Assembly: GCF_009914755.1 (NCBI RefSeq)
Contig: NC_060928.1
Direction: 5' to 3' (one strand)
DNA length: 64,000 bases
Origin: the human T2T-CHM13v2.0 reference genome, Homo sapiens
Shown here: in pieces, positions 51,190 to 63,449 of the stretch
How the letters are laid out: the number at the start of each line of letters is the position of its first letter
Numbering within the stretch: the stretch's first letter is position 1
Program-made: the position numbers and the translations under genes
Notes under the pieces: generated by a model
Databases searched by the model: none
The model's input: only the letters and a program-made list of their open reading frames with translations
Told to the model about the DNA's origin: nothing

Positions 51190-51513
51190 TTTTTTTAATT
51201 TAATTTAATTTTATTATTATTATACTTTAAGTTTTAGGGTACATGTGCACAATGTGCAGGTTAGTTACGTATGTATACATGTGCCATGCTGGTGTGCTGC
51301 ACCCATTAACTCATCATTTAGCATTAGGTATATGTCCTAAAGCTATCCCTCCCCTCTCCCCACACCCCACAACAGTCCCCAGAGTGTGAAACAAACAACC
51401 CCATTAAAAACTGGGTGAAGGACATGAACAGACACTTCTCAAAAGAAGACATTTATGCAGCCAAAAAACACATGAAAAAATGCTCACCATCACTGGCCAT
51501 CAGAGAAATGCAA
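51190..51513 (-). mobile_element. Young L1PA (PA2/3-like) 3' fragment with 5' inversion
   Basis: Antisense 3'UTR at 51190-51388 joined to a sense ORF2 piece at 51389-51513; TSD ttcactttct at 51180-51189 and 51514-51523. Confidence 0.88.
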
Positions 51514-52110
51514 TTCACTTTCTATTTTATACCTGACAGTTTTTTCTTCACATTTTCACACCTCATACATCATATTTTTATATCACATTTCCTACATTTA
51601 AAAAGCTTACAACAGTATATCATTTACCAATCCCATTGTTTGTACTATTTTTAAAATACCTTTTGTTTATTCAGGCTTCATAAACTTTTCTTTCAAAGCT
51701 ATTATTTTTGCTTAAAAGTTTTTTTGCACTATAAACATGATTTTTCATTATCTTCTGATAAGGAGTTGACAGTTATTCTTTTCATTGCTGTCCTGTGGGT
51801 AGTATTTTTTTTCCTCTGGTTGCTTTTAAGATGATTACTTTACCTTTGTTTTTCAGTGATTATCCTCAGATATGCACTGTATGATTCTCTCTCTTTTCTT
51901 TTTAATTGCTGGGATTTTTATTGGGATTGCATTAAATCTATAGATCAAGTTGGAAAGAACGTAAACCTCGACAGTACTGAATCTTCCTATCCATGAACTT
52001 AAAATATCTCTACATTTATTTACTTATTCTTTGATTTGTTTCATCAGAGGTTGTAGTTTCCCTCACATAGGTCTTGTATGTATTTCATTGGATTTATACC
52101 TAAGTATTTC

Positions 52111-55100
52111 TTTTTTTTTTTAATACCTTCAGTTCTAGGGTACATGTGCACAATGTGCAGGTTTGTTACATAGGTATATGTGTGCCATGTTGGTTTGCTG
52201 CACCCATCAACTTGTCATTTACATTAGGTATTTCTCCTAATGCTATCCCTTCACCAACCCCTACTCCCTGACAGGCCCCTGTGTGTGATGCTCCCCGCCC
52301 TGTGTCCAAGTGTTCTCATTGTTCAATTCCCACCTATGAATGAGAACATGCGGTGTTTGGTTTTCTGTCCTTGTGATAGTTTGCTCAGAATGATGGTTTC
52401 CAGCTTCATCCATGTCCCTGCAAAGGATATGAACTCATTCTTTTTTATGGCTGCATAGTATTCCATGGTGTATGTGTGCCACATTTTCTTAAACCAGTCT
52501 ATCATTGATGGACATTTGGGATGGTTCCAAGTCTTTGCTATTGTGAATAGTGCTGCAATAAACATATGTGTGCATGTGTCTTTATAGTAGCATGATTTAT
52601 AATCCTTTGGGTATATACCCAGTAATGGGATGGCTGAGTCAAATGGTATTTCCAGTTCTAGATCCTTGAGGAATCGTCACACTGTTTTCCACAATGGTTG
52701 AACTAATTTACACTCCCACCAACAGTGTAAAAGCATTCCTATTTCTCCACATTCTCTCCAGCATCTGTTGTTTCCTGACTTTTTAATGATCACCATTCTA
52801 ACTGGCGTGAGATGGTATCTCATTGTGGTTTTGATTTGCATTTCTCTGATGACCAGTGATGATGAGCATTTTTTCATGTTGACTGCATGAATGTCTTCTT
52901 TTAAGAAGTGTCTGTTCATATCCTTTGCCCACTTTTTGATGGGGCTCTTTGTTTTTTTTCTTGTAGATTTGTTTAAGTTCTTTGTAGATTCTGGATATTA
53001 GCCCTTTGTCAGATGGGTACATTGCAAAAATTTTCTCCCATTCTTAGGTTGTCTGTTCATTCTGATGGTAGTTTCTTTTGCTGTGCAGAAGCTCTTTAAT
53101 TTAATTGGATCCCATTTGTCTATTTTGACTTTTGTTGTCATAGCTTTTGGTGTTTTAGTCATAAAGTCCTTGCCCATGCCTATGGTCTGAATGATATTGC
53201 CTAGGTTTTCTTCAAGAGTTTTTATGGTTTTAGGTCTAATATGTAAGCCTTTAATCCATCTTGAATTAATTTTTGTGTAAGGTGTAAGGAAGGGATCCAG
53301 TTTCAGCTTTCTACATATGGCTAGCCAGTTTTCCCAGCACCATTTATTAACTAGGGAATCCTTTCCCCATTGCTTGTTTTTGTCTGGTTTGTCAAAGATC
53401 AGATGGTTGTAGATGTGTGGTGTTATTTCTGAGGCCTCTGTTCTGTTCCAATGGTCTATATCTCTGTTGGGGTACGGGTACCATGCTGTTTTGGTTACTG
53501 TAGCCTTGTAGCATAGTTTGAAGTCAGGTAGCATGATTCTTCCAGCTTTGTTCTTTTTGCTTAGGATTGTCTTGGCAAGTCAGGCTCTTTTTTGGTTCTA
53601 TATGAACTTTAAAGTGTTTTTTTCCAATTCTGTGAAGAAAGTCATTGGTAGCTTGATGTGGTTGGCATTGAATCTATAAATTACCTTGGGCAGTATGGCC
53701 ATTTTCACAATATTGATTCTTCCTATCCATGAGCATAGAATATTCTTCCATTTGTTTGTGTCCTCTTATTTTGTTAAGCAGTGGTTTGTATTTCTCCTTG
53801 AAGAGGTCCTTCACATCCCTTGTCAGTTGTATTCCTAGGTATTTTATTCTCTTTGTAGCAATTGTGAATGGGAGTTCACTCATGATTTGGCTCTCTGTTC
53901 ATTACTGGTGTATAGGAATGCTTGTGATTTTTGTACATTGATTTTGTATCCTGAGACTTTGCTGAAATTGCTTATCAGCTTCAGGAGGTTTTGGGCTGAG
54001 ACGATGGGGTTTTCTAAATATACAATCATGTCATCTGCAAACAGGGACAATTTGACTTCCTCTTTTCCTAATTGAATACCCTTTATTTCTTTCTCTTGCC
54101 TGATTGCCCCAACCGGAACTTCCAACACTATGCTGAATAGGAGTGGTGAGAGAGGGCATCCTTTTCTTGTGCTGGTTTTCAAAGGGAAGGCTTCTGGTTT
54201 TTGCCCATTCAGTATGATATTGGCTGTGGGTTTGTGATAAATAGCTCTTATTATTGTGAGATACGTTCCATCAATACCTAGTTTATTGAGCGTTTTTAGC
54301 ATGAAGGGCTGTTGAATTTTGTCAAATGCCTTTTCTGCATCTATTGAGATAATCATGTGGTCTTTGTTGTTGGATCTATTTATGCGATGGATTACGTTTA
54401 TTGATTTGCTTATGTTGAACCAGCCTTGCATCCCAGGGATGAAGCCAGCTTGATCATGCTGGATAAGCTTTTTGATGTGCTGCTGGATTTGGTTTGCCAG
54501 TAATTTGTTGAAGATTTTTGCATCATTGCTCATCAGGGATATTGGTCTAAAATTCTCTGTTTCTGTTGTGTCTCTGCCAGGCTTTGGTATCAGGATGATG
54601 CTGGCCTCATAAAATGAGTTAGGGAGAATTCCCTCTTTTTCTATTGATTGGAATAGTTTCAGAAGGAATGGTACCAGCTCCTCTTTGTACCACTGGTAGA
54701 ATTCGGCTGTGAATCTGTCTGGTCCTGGACTTTATTTGTTTGGTAAGCTATTAATTATTGCCTCAATTTCAGAGTCTGTTATTGGTCTATTCAGAGATTC
54801 AAATTCTTCCTGGTTTAGTCTTGGGAGAGTGCATGTGTCCAGAAATTTATCCATTTCTTCTATATTTTCTAGTTTATTTGCATAGAGGTGTTTATAGTAT
54901 TCTCTGATGGTAGTTTGTATTTCTGTGGGATTGGTGGTGATATCCCCTTTATCATATTTTATTGCATCTATTTGATTCTTCTCTCTTTTCTTCTTTATTA
55001 GTCTAGCTAGTGGTCTATCAATTTTGTTGATTTTTTTAAAAAACCAGCTCCTGGATCCATTGATTTTTTGAAGGGTTTTTTTGTGTCTCTATCTCCTTGA

Positions 55101-58100
55101 GTTCTGCTCTGATCTTAGTTATTCCTTGCCTTCTGCTAGCTTTTAAATTTGTTTGCTCTTGCTTCTCTAGTTCTTTCCATTGTGATATTAGGGTGTTGAT
55201 TTTTTATCTTTCCTGCTTTCTCTTGTGGGCATTTAGTGGTATAAATTTCCCGCTACATACTGCTTTAAATGTGTCTCAGAGATTCTGGTACTTTGTGTCT
55301 TTTTTCTCATTGGTTTCAAAGAACATCTTTATTTCTGCTTTCATTTCGTTATTTACCCAGTAGTCATTCAGGAGCAGGTTGTTCAGTTTGCATGTACTTG
55401 TGCAGTGTTGAGTGAGTTTATTCATCCTGAGTTCTAATTTGATTGCACTGTGGTCTGAGAGACAGTTTGTTGTGATTTCTGTTCTTTTACATTTGCTAGG
55501 AAGTGTTTTACTTCCAATTACATGGTCAATTTTGGAATCAGTGTGATGTGGTGCTGAGAAGAATGTATATTCTGTTGATTTGGGGTGGAGAGTTCTGTAG
55601 CTGTCTATCAGGTCTGCTTGGTGCAAAGCTGAGTTCAAGTCCTGAATATCTTTGTTAATCTTCTGTCTCATTGATCTATCTAATATTGACAGTGGCATGT
55701 TAAAGTCTCCCATTATTATTGTGTGGGAGTCAAAGTCTCTTTGTAGGTCTCTAAAGACTTGCTTTGTGAATTTCAGTGCCCCTGTATTGGGTGCATACAT
55801 ATTTAGCATAGTTAGCTCTTCTTATTGAGTTAATACCTTTACCATTATGTAATGGCCTTGTTTGTCTCTTTGATCTTTATTGGTTTAAAATCTGTTTTAT
55901 CAGAGACTCCGATTGCAACCCCTGCTTTTTTTGCTTTCCATTTGCTTGGTAGATCTTCCTCCATCCCTTTATTTTGAGCCAATGTGTGTCTCTGCATGTG
56001 AAATGCGTCTCCTGAATACAGCACACTGATGGGTCTTGACTCTTTATCCAATTTGCCAGTCTGTACCTTTTAATTGGGGCATTTAGCCCATTTACATTTA
56101 AGGTTAATATTGTTATGTGTGAATTTGATCCTGTTATTATGATGTTAGCTAGTTATTGTGCCTGTTAATTGATACAGTTTCTTCCTAGCATCTATGGGCT
56201 TTACAATTTGGCATGTTTTTGCCATGGCTGGAACCAGTTGTTCCTTTCCATGTTTAGTGCTTCCTTCAAGAGCTCTTGTAAGGCAGGTCTGGTGGTAACA
56301 AAATCTGTCAGCATTTGCTTGTCTGTAAAGGATTTTATTTCTCCTTCATTTATGAAGCTTAGTTTGGCTGGATATGAAATTCTGGGTTGACAATTCTTTT
56401 CTTTAAGAATTTTGAATATTGGCCCCCACTCTTTTCTGGCTTGTAGAGTTTCTGCTGAGAGATCCGCTGTTAGTGTGATGGTTTTCCATTTGTGGGTAAC
56501 CCGACCTTTCTCTCTGGCTGCCCTTAACACTTTTTCCTTTATTTCAACCTTGGTGGATCTGATCTGACAATTATGTTGCTTGGAGTTGCACTTCTTGAGG
56601 AGTATCTTTGCAGTGTTTTCTGTATTTCCCGAATTTGAATGTTGGCCTGCCTTGCTGGTTTGGGGAAGTTCTCCTGGATAATATCCTTAAGAGTGTTTTC
56701 TAACTTGGTTCCATTCTCCCCGTCACTTTCAGGTACAGCAATCAAATGTAGATTTGGTCTTTTCACATAGCCCCATATTTCTTGGAGGCTTTGTTTGTTT
56801 CTGTTTACTCTTTTTTCTCTTAATTTGTCTTTTCACTCTATTTCATTAATTTGATCTTCAATCGCTGATATCCTTTCTTCCATTTGATCGAATCAGCCAC
56901 TGAAGCTTGTAGATGCGTCACAAAGTTCTCTTGCCATGGTTTTCAGCTCCATCAGGTCATTTATGGTCTTCTTTACACTGTTTATTCTAGTTAGCCATTC
57001 ATCTAACCTTTTTTCAAGGTTTTGAGCTTCCTTGTGATGGGTTAGAACATGCTCCTTTAGTTTGGTGAAGTTTGTTATTACTGACCTTCTGAAGCCTACT
57101 TCTGTCAGTTCGTCAAAGTCATTCTCCATCCAACTTTTTTCCGTTGCTGGCGAGGAGCTGCAATCCTTTGGAGGAGAAGAGGTGCTCTGGTTTTTAGAAT
57201 TTTCAGCTTTTCTACTCTGGTTTCTCCCCATCTTTGTGGTTTTGTCTACCTTTGATCTTTGATGTTGGTGACCTACATATGGTGTTTTGGTGTGGATGTC
57301 CTTTTTGTTGATGTTGATGCTATTCCCTTCTTTTTGGTTAGTTTTCTTTCTAACAGTCAGGTCCCTCAGTTGCAGGTCTGTCGGAGTTTGCTAAAGGTCC
57401 ACTCCAGACCCTGTTTGCCTGGGTGTCACCAGTGGAGGCTGCAGAACAGCAAATATTGCAGAACAGCAAATATTGCTGCCTGATCCTTCCTCTGGAAGCT
57501 TTGTCCCAGAGGGGCACCTGCCTGTATGAGATGTCTGTCAGCCCCTACTGTGAGATGTCTCCCAGTTAGGCTACACGGGGTCAGGGACCCACTTGAGGAG
57601 GCAGTCTGTCCATTCTCAGAGCTCACATGCCATGCTGGGAGAACTACTACTGTCTTCAGGGCTGTTCAGACAGGACATTTAAGTCTGCAGAAGTTTCTGC
57701 TGCCTTTTGTTCAGCTATACCCTGCCCACTGAGGTGACATCTGTAGAGGCAGTAGGCCTTGCTGAGCTGTGGTGGGCTCTGCCCAGTTTAATGGCTTCCC
57801 AGACACTTTGTTTACCTACTCAAGCCTCAGCAATGGGGGACACCCCTCCTCCCGCTCAGCTGCAGCCTCGCAGTTCAATCTCAGACTGCTGCACTAGCAG
57901 TGAGCAAGGCTCCATGGGCATGGGACCTGCCGAGCCAGGCAGGGGAGAGAATCTCCTGGTCTGCTGGTTGCTGAGACTGAGGGAAAAGTCCTTTTTTTCC
58001 CAGGTACATTCTGTCACGGCTTTCTTTGGCTAGGAAAGGGAAATTCCCCGACCCCTTGCACCTCCTGACTGAGGTGATGCCCCGCCCTGCTTTGGCTCGC

Positions 58101-58241
58101 CCTCCATGGGCAGCACCCACTGTCCAACCAGTCCCAATGAGATGAACCAGGTACCGCAGTTGGAAATGCAGAAATAACCTGTCTTCTGCGTCAATCACAC
58201 TGGGAGCTGCAGACCAGAGCTGTTCCCATTCGGCCATCTTG
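52111..58241 (-). mobile_element. Full-length L1PA (PA5-7-like), ORF1 and ORF2 disrupted
   Basis: 5'UTR from CAAGATGGCCGAAT at 58241; ORF1 pieces (56893-57231, 56539-56766, 56201-56530); ORF2 endonuclease (55276-55809), RT with FADD motif (53880-54533), C-terminal pieces; 3'UTR and A11 tail at 52111-52121. Confidence 0.96.
57833..58033 (+). other. L1 ORF0-like antisense ORF (66 aa)
   Basis: MGDTPPPAQLQPRSSISDCCTSSEQGSMGMGPAEPG... aligns by eye with L1HS ORF0 (MAGAPPPASLPPCSLISDCCAS...VGVGPSEPG). Confidence 0.7.
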
Positions 58242-59334
58242 AATGAAGATCATATGATTCTCTTTATATCTGTCTTGATAAGGGTTCATTGAGCTTCTCA
58301 TAAGTCAATGGTTTTTTAAAAATCAAATTTATGTAATGTCCAACCATTATTTCTAGATGACTTTCCTGCCCTGTTCTCACTTTCTTCTCTTTAAAACTTT
58401 AGTTACACATATTCCCAATGTTTTGTTAGACCACTTGATATTATCCCATGTGTGCCTGCTCAGTTTCTTCAACCTTTGTTGTCTCTGTTCTTCAGTTGGG
58501 ATAGTTCTTATTCATTAATCTCAAGTTCATTGCTCTTCTGATATATCCAATTTCATTAGATTATTTTAGCATTTTTCATTTCAGAACTTCCATTTGATTT
58601 TAATTTATAGTTCCTATTTTGCTGCTGATGTTCCCTATCTATTCACTTGACTATATTTGCTTTTAATTCTTCCAACATATTATCTTTTAAAGTTTTCATT
58701 TTATTAATAAAAGCTGCTTTAAATCTTTGTCTACTACATACTGTGTTTGCAGCATCTCAGAGTTGGTTTCTGTTGACTGATTTTTATCTGAACTATGAGT
58801 GACATTTTTTTGTTTGTTTATTTACAAGTGCAGTAATTTTGCTTACTATACAATAGACATTGTTAAAGATATATTACAAAGATTCTGTGTTCTGTTATTT
58901 TACTGTAAAACTTTGACTTTTCTTTCTATTGGTGCTTCAGTTACTGGTTAATCATCTTGAACCTGTGTGAGCTAGATTTGTCTTTTCTTAGGGTGGTTGT
59001 GTGGAGGGCACAAAATGGTTCCCAAGCACCTCTAACTGGGGGGACTCATTCTCCAAACCCAATCTCCTATAGCTTTTATAAGGACTTGGATTTTAGACTT
59101 TATAAGAGTGAGTCTACAAAAAGCCTTTCTTTATTAGTGTATTAAGGTATAGTCTTCCAAGGTCTAGTCTTTCCAGAGTCTTAGCTGGATACTTGGGTGT
59201 AAAAAAGCTCATAATGAGGTCTTTCCACTATAGATGGATGGGAGTGTCAATGTCTTTTAGCACTACTTAACTTGTAGTCTCTCTTTTTTTATTCTCAATA
59301 CCTTATTAGCCACTTTTAGGCAAGTCTCATATAT

Positions 59335-60495
59335 CCTTTTACTTTTAAGAAGCAGAATTACTGAGATATAATTTAAATACAAAACATTCACTCTTTTAAA
59401 GTATGAAATTCAATGGGTTTTGGTGTATTTGCAGATTTGGGAATCATTACTATGTCTAATTTTAGAACATTTTCATTATGCCCAAAAGAAACCCCGTAGT
59501 TCCCCCTTTTGGCATGACAGTGTGAGGAGCTTCATGGACTTATTCTATAGTGAAATGGGTGAAAATTATCTTAAAAGGAATCATTTCAAGTCTCTGGAAG
59601 TGGTTCTAGGGGCATATAGCAAATGAAGCATTTACTCAAGAAAATCTACCACACTTGGTAAGAAAAGTAAATCTGCAATATTTGAACCAAGATCCACTCA
59701 TTCCCTTCTTGCCTCCCAGCTCAGCGAGACAGATATAACTGAGAGAACAGGACTCTGTTTACCCCCATCTCTCAATGGAGGGCTATCTTCCCAAGATGGG
59801 CAGGATGACAGCCTTTCTTCTCCTGCCCTCACCTACTTTTGGTGAGGCTAAGTTCCTGGTGAGTGTGGCTCACCAGTGCTCTTTTCTGTCTAACCCTAGC
59901 TCATAAGATGTAGGTTCAACCTTGGGCATGACACTGCTGAGATTATTTAAATCCTGATTGCTCTTGCTTTGGCAGGAGTCCTAGGTCAGGAGAGGTAAGC
60001 CAGGGGGACCTGGGGCTGATGGCTTCCCCCTCCACTGAGTACTCAGCTCTAAAGTGTGGGGGTCTCTTAGAGAGAAGCATGACATTGTGCCTACCAGCAG
60101 ACAACACCAGACCAACGTCTCGAAGATTTTACCTGGGAGGAGAAGCATACTCTAGCATAGAGAGCTCTGAATCTCTTCCCAAAGAAACTGATTTCATTTA
60201 CAACAAAAAAGCAGTGAAGGTTGTGGTGAAAGGCAACTAGGGAGGGAGGTTGATAGATTCATTGGAGATGTAGTCTAAGCCATAGTGTGGCTAGATTGCT
60301 GGAAAGGAATAGGGATAGACACAGCTGTGAGGAGCCCTCCTGGGGTCAGAACAAATCTCAAACACTGGCCTCAGGAGCTATCACTACCAAGGAGGCCAAA
60401 TTTGATGATATCAGTGTTTGAAGCAATTTATGTCACAGGACATTCATGAAAACAATAGAACAATCAACACACAATTCATGGAGATTTATAGCTGA
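59335..60495. mobile_element. Old L1M fragments (antisense 3' end ~59335-59500; sense 5'-region ~59510-60495)
   Basis: gagatataatt...cattcactcttttaaag...ttttagaacattttcattatgcccaaaagaaacccc, then L1M 5'-region-like text. Confidence 0.5.
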
Positions 60496-60505
60496 CACTT
60501 CACTT

Positions 60506-61270
60506 CCTTTTTTTTTTTTAATTTTACTTTAATGTCTGGGATACATGTGCAGAACATGCAGGTTTGTTATATAGGTAAATGTGTGCCATGGTGGTTTGCT
60601 GCACCTATCAACCCGCCTTCTAGGTATTAAGCCCTGCATGCTTTAGCCATTGGTCCTGATGCTCTCCCTCCCCTCACCCTCCCTGGCAGGCCCCGGTGTG
60701 TGTTGTTCCCCTCCCTGTGTCCATGTATCCTCATTGTTCAGCTCCCACTTATGAGTGAGAACATGCAGTGTTTGGTTTTCTGTTCCTATGTTAGTTTGCT
60801 GAGGATGATGGCTTCCAGCATCATACATGTCCCTGCGAAGGATATGATCTCATTCCTTTTTATGGCTGCATAGTATCCCATGGTGTAAATGTACCATCTT
60901 TTCTTTATGCAGTCTGTCACTGATGGGTATTTGGGTTGGTTCCATGTCTTTTCTATTGTGAATAGTGCTGCAGTAAATATACGTGTGCATATATCTTTAT
61001 AATAGAATGATTTATATTCCTTTGGGTATATACCCAGTAATGCGATTGCTGGGTCAAACATTATTTCTGGTTCTAGATCTTTGAGGAATTGTCACACTGT
61101 CTTCAATAGTGGTTGAAATAATTTACATTTCCACCAACAGTGTAAAAGTGTTCCTATTTCTCCACAGCCTTGCCAGCATCTGTTGTTTCTTGAATTTTTA
61201 ATGATTGCCATCCGACTGGCATGTGATGGTATCTCATTGTGATTTTGATTTGCATTTCTCTAATGATCAG
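60506..61270 (-). mobile_element. L1PA (PA7/8-like) 5'-truncated
   Basis: ORF 60786..61061 is the ORF2 C-terminus; 3'UTR and T-tail at about 60506-60520. Confidence 0.92.
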
Positions 61271-61334
61271 ACACTTTACACTTTCTATTTCACTATTACA
61301 TTTTTAGAACAAATTAAGAAAACTAAATTCTAGA

Positions 61335-61750
61335 AGATTGGGGTACTCCTCATGACCTCAAATTTGGCAATGGATTTTTAGATACGATACCAAAAGAATG
61401 AATATCAAATAAAATAGAAAAATGGCCTTTATCAAAATTAAACTTTATGCTTCATAGGATACTATCAAGAAAGTGAAATGACAACCCACGGATTGAGAGA
61501 AAATATTTGCAAGTCATATATGATAAGCGCCTCATATCCAGAAGAGAGAACTCTTATAACCCAACAATAAAAAAGACAAATAATCCAAATTTTTAAATGG
61601 GCAAAGGATCTGAATAGATATTTCTCTAGGGAAGATACACAAATCCAATAGGCACATGGAGGAGTCTGACCTCATTAGAGGTAAAGAAATGCAAAGCAAA
61701 ACCAAAATGAAATATCGCTTTACACCTATTAGAATGACTACAGTCTCAAA
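61335..61750 (+). mobile_element. L1M ORF2 fragment
   Basis: tttggcaatggatttttagat...atcaaaattaaactt...aaatgggcaaaggatctgaataga...acacctattagaatgact. Confidence 0.75.
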
Positions 61751-62933
61751 GTCATAAATTAAATCCTCCATAGTCTTCTGAGCACATTTCCTACTCCCAT
61801 GCAGACTTCTCCTCTAATACTCTGCCCTGCAAATTCCACTGGTTTTGCTGCCGTAGACTCCTCTGCCTCCTCGGCTCAGTGGGACCATTGTGCTATGCTT
61901 GGATTCCAGCTTGGTACACTGAGGTCAGGACATTTTTGACACATAGAGAGCCAGGGCAACTTCGGGGCTCACTTTATGAAGTTCCTTACTCACAGAAATC
62001 TCAAACTTATATCACCTGCTGTCCAACACATGAAAACAGGGACCTCCTTAACGGTTTCTTATGGAAGAAACTCTAGTATGGCACATACCTAAAAGAGAAA
62101 ATACTCTACATGCCCACAATTTTAAAATACCTAAAATATATATAAACTTTGCCTATAAAAATGAATAATAATAATGAAGCAATTATCTAAGAGTAAATTT
62201 AACTAGCATATTTTATTCTGAAATTTAAAAATAACTGGATGTCACTTTTTAAATATTTCCACTTCTCTAAACTTCATGGTAATTTTTTCTTTCTTTCCTT
62301 CCTTCCTATTTTTCCTGTTTCTTTCTTCTTTTTTTTTTTTTATTGCCTGCCCTGGAAGTCAATTACAATGCTTAGATTAAAAATTAGTATTAGTACTGGA
62401 AAGACTAAGTGTTTGAAAATGCCAGGTTAATTATTCTCTAATTTTGTGGAAGTGAACAAAATATTGAATTGTTTGAAGTTATTGACTTTACTATAGCCTT
62501 TAAAACCCCATTATTTCTTGCTTTGTTTGGACAGTAGATTTTATTCATCTTGCTTCTGAACATCAGATATAAACCATTATGTGAATAGCATCATTAATTT
62601 ATCATTTAAATTATTTTGTTTTTATCTATTCCAGTTAACATTTCACTATTTTAATAGTCTTAGGTTATCTAGTGCTTTTAATCAATGCAATTAGTGCTTA
62701 TTTGGGGTTTAAGCTGCATATTATTTTTGTGTATCCTTTTCTTTTTCTGGATTGACATTTACCTTCTAGGATTATGCACATGCAAAACGAGATTTGGTAG
62801 TCTGCACAGAGATATGTCCGAACTGATTAGGTTAGGCCCATACAATCTTTTAGAGAAAAACAAGATCTTTAGGATAGCCTAATTAGCACTTGCAATATTA
62901 ATAGGGAATTTTTAAAAATTAACGCATACAATA

Positions 62934-63085
62934 CAGATGCTGCTAGACTTAAAATGGGGCTGCATGCCCATAAACCCATTACAAGTTGAAAATGTCATAA
63001 GTTGAAAATGCATTTAATACTGTGATAAGCCCATCCTAAAGTTGAAAAGTCATTAAGTTGAACCACTGCAGTTAGGAACCACTTG
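62934..63085 (+). mobile_element. MER47 (Tigger5-derived) MITE, short form
   Basis: TA-cagatgct..gactta..atgggg...aagttgaaaatgcatttaatac...aagttgaacca..-TA. Confidence 0.75.
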
Positions 63086-63215
63086 TACTATCAAGTTCTT
63101 TGCTCTTTCTTGATATCTGAGAGTTTAATTTGTGCCATTAAGTCATTCTTTTTATTGAATTGATTGGATAGCTGTCAAATTGCTACCTCATTCAGTGAAA
63201 CAATCATCTGAAATA

Positions 63216-63449
63216 TAGATGCTTTTCAACTTACAATGGGGCTACACCCCAATAACCCCATCAAAAATTGAAAACATTGTAAGTCAAAAGTGTGCTTTGG
63301 ACTTAATGATATAATCAATTTATGATGAGTTTAATCCAGCCACAACCCTGTCTTACACTGAAGAGCATGCTGAGTATGTATAGCTTTCGCACCATCACAG
63401 TCAAAAAATTGTAAGTCAAACCATTATATAATAAGTCAGGGACCGTCTG
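63216..63449 (+). mobile_element. MER47 (Tigger5-derived) MITE, second form
   Basis: TA-tagatgcttttcaacttacaatgggg...gctttcgcaccatc...taagtcagggaccgtctg-TA. Confidence 0.8.

Larger units (their letters stand above)
50396..59000 (-). mobile_element. Old L1M (ME/MC-like) host element, surviving pieces about 50396-51180, 51524-51890 and 58264-59000, with younger nested insertions
   Basis: ORF 50662..50883 resembles an ORF2 endonuclease N-terminus (QEIHFKPKGTARLKVK). The antisense L1M text continues across the inserted elements. Confidence 0.6.

Noticed and set aside
52323-57231. L1 ORF1/ORF2 as an active retrotransposon or domesticated RT gene
   Set aside because: Both ORFs are broken into many pieces by stops and frameshifts.
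57441-57478. 17-bp tandem repeat gcagaacagcaaatatt x2 in the L1 5'UTR
   Set aside because: I recall this as an inherited feature of L1PA5/6-era 5'UTRs, not a locus-specific event.
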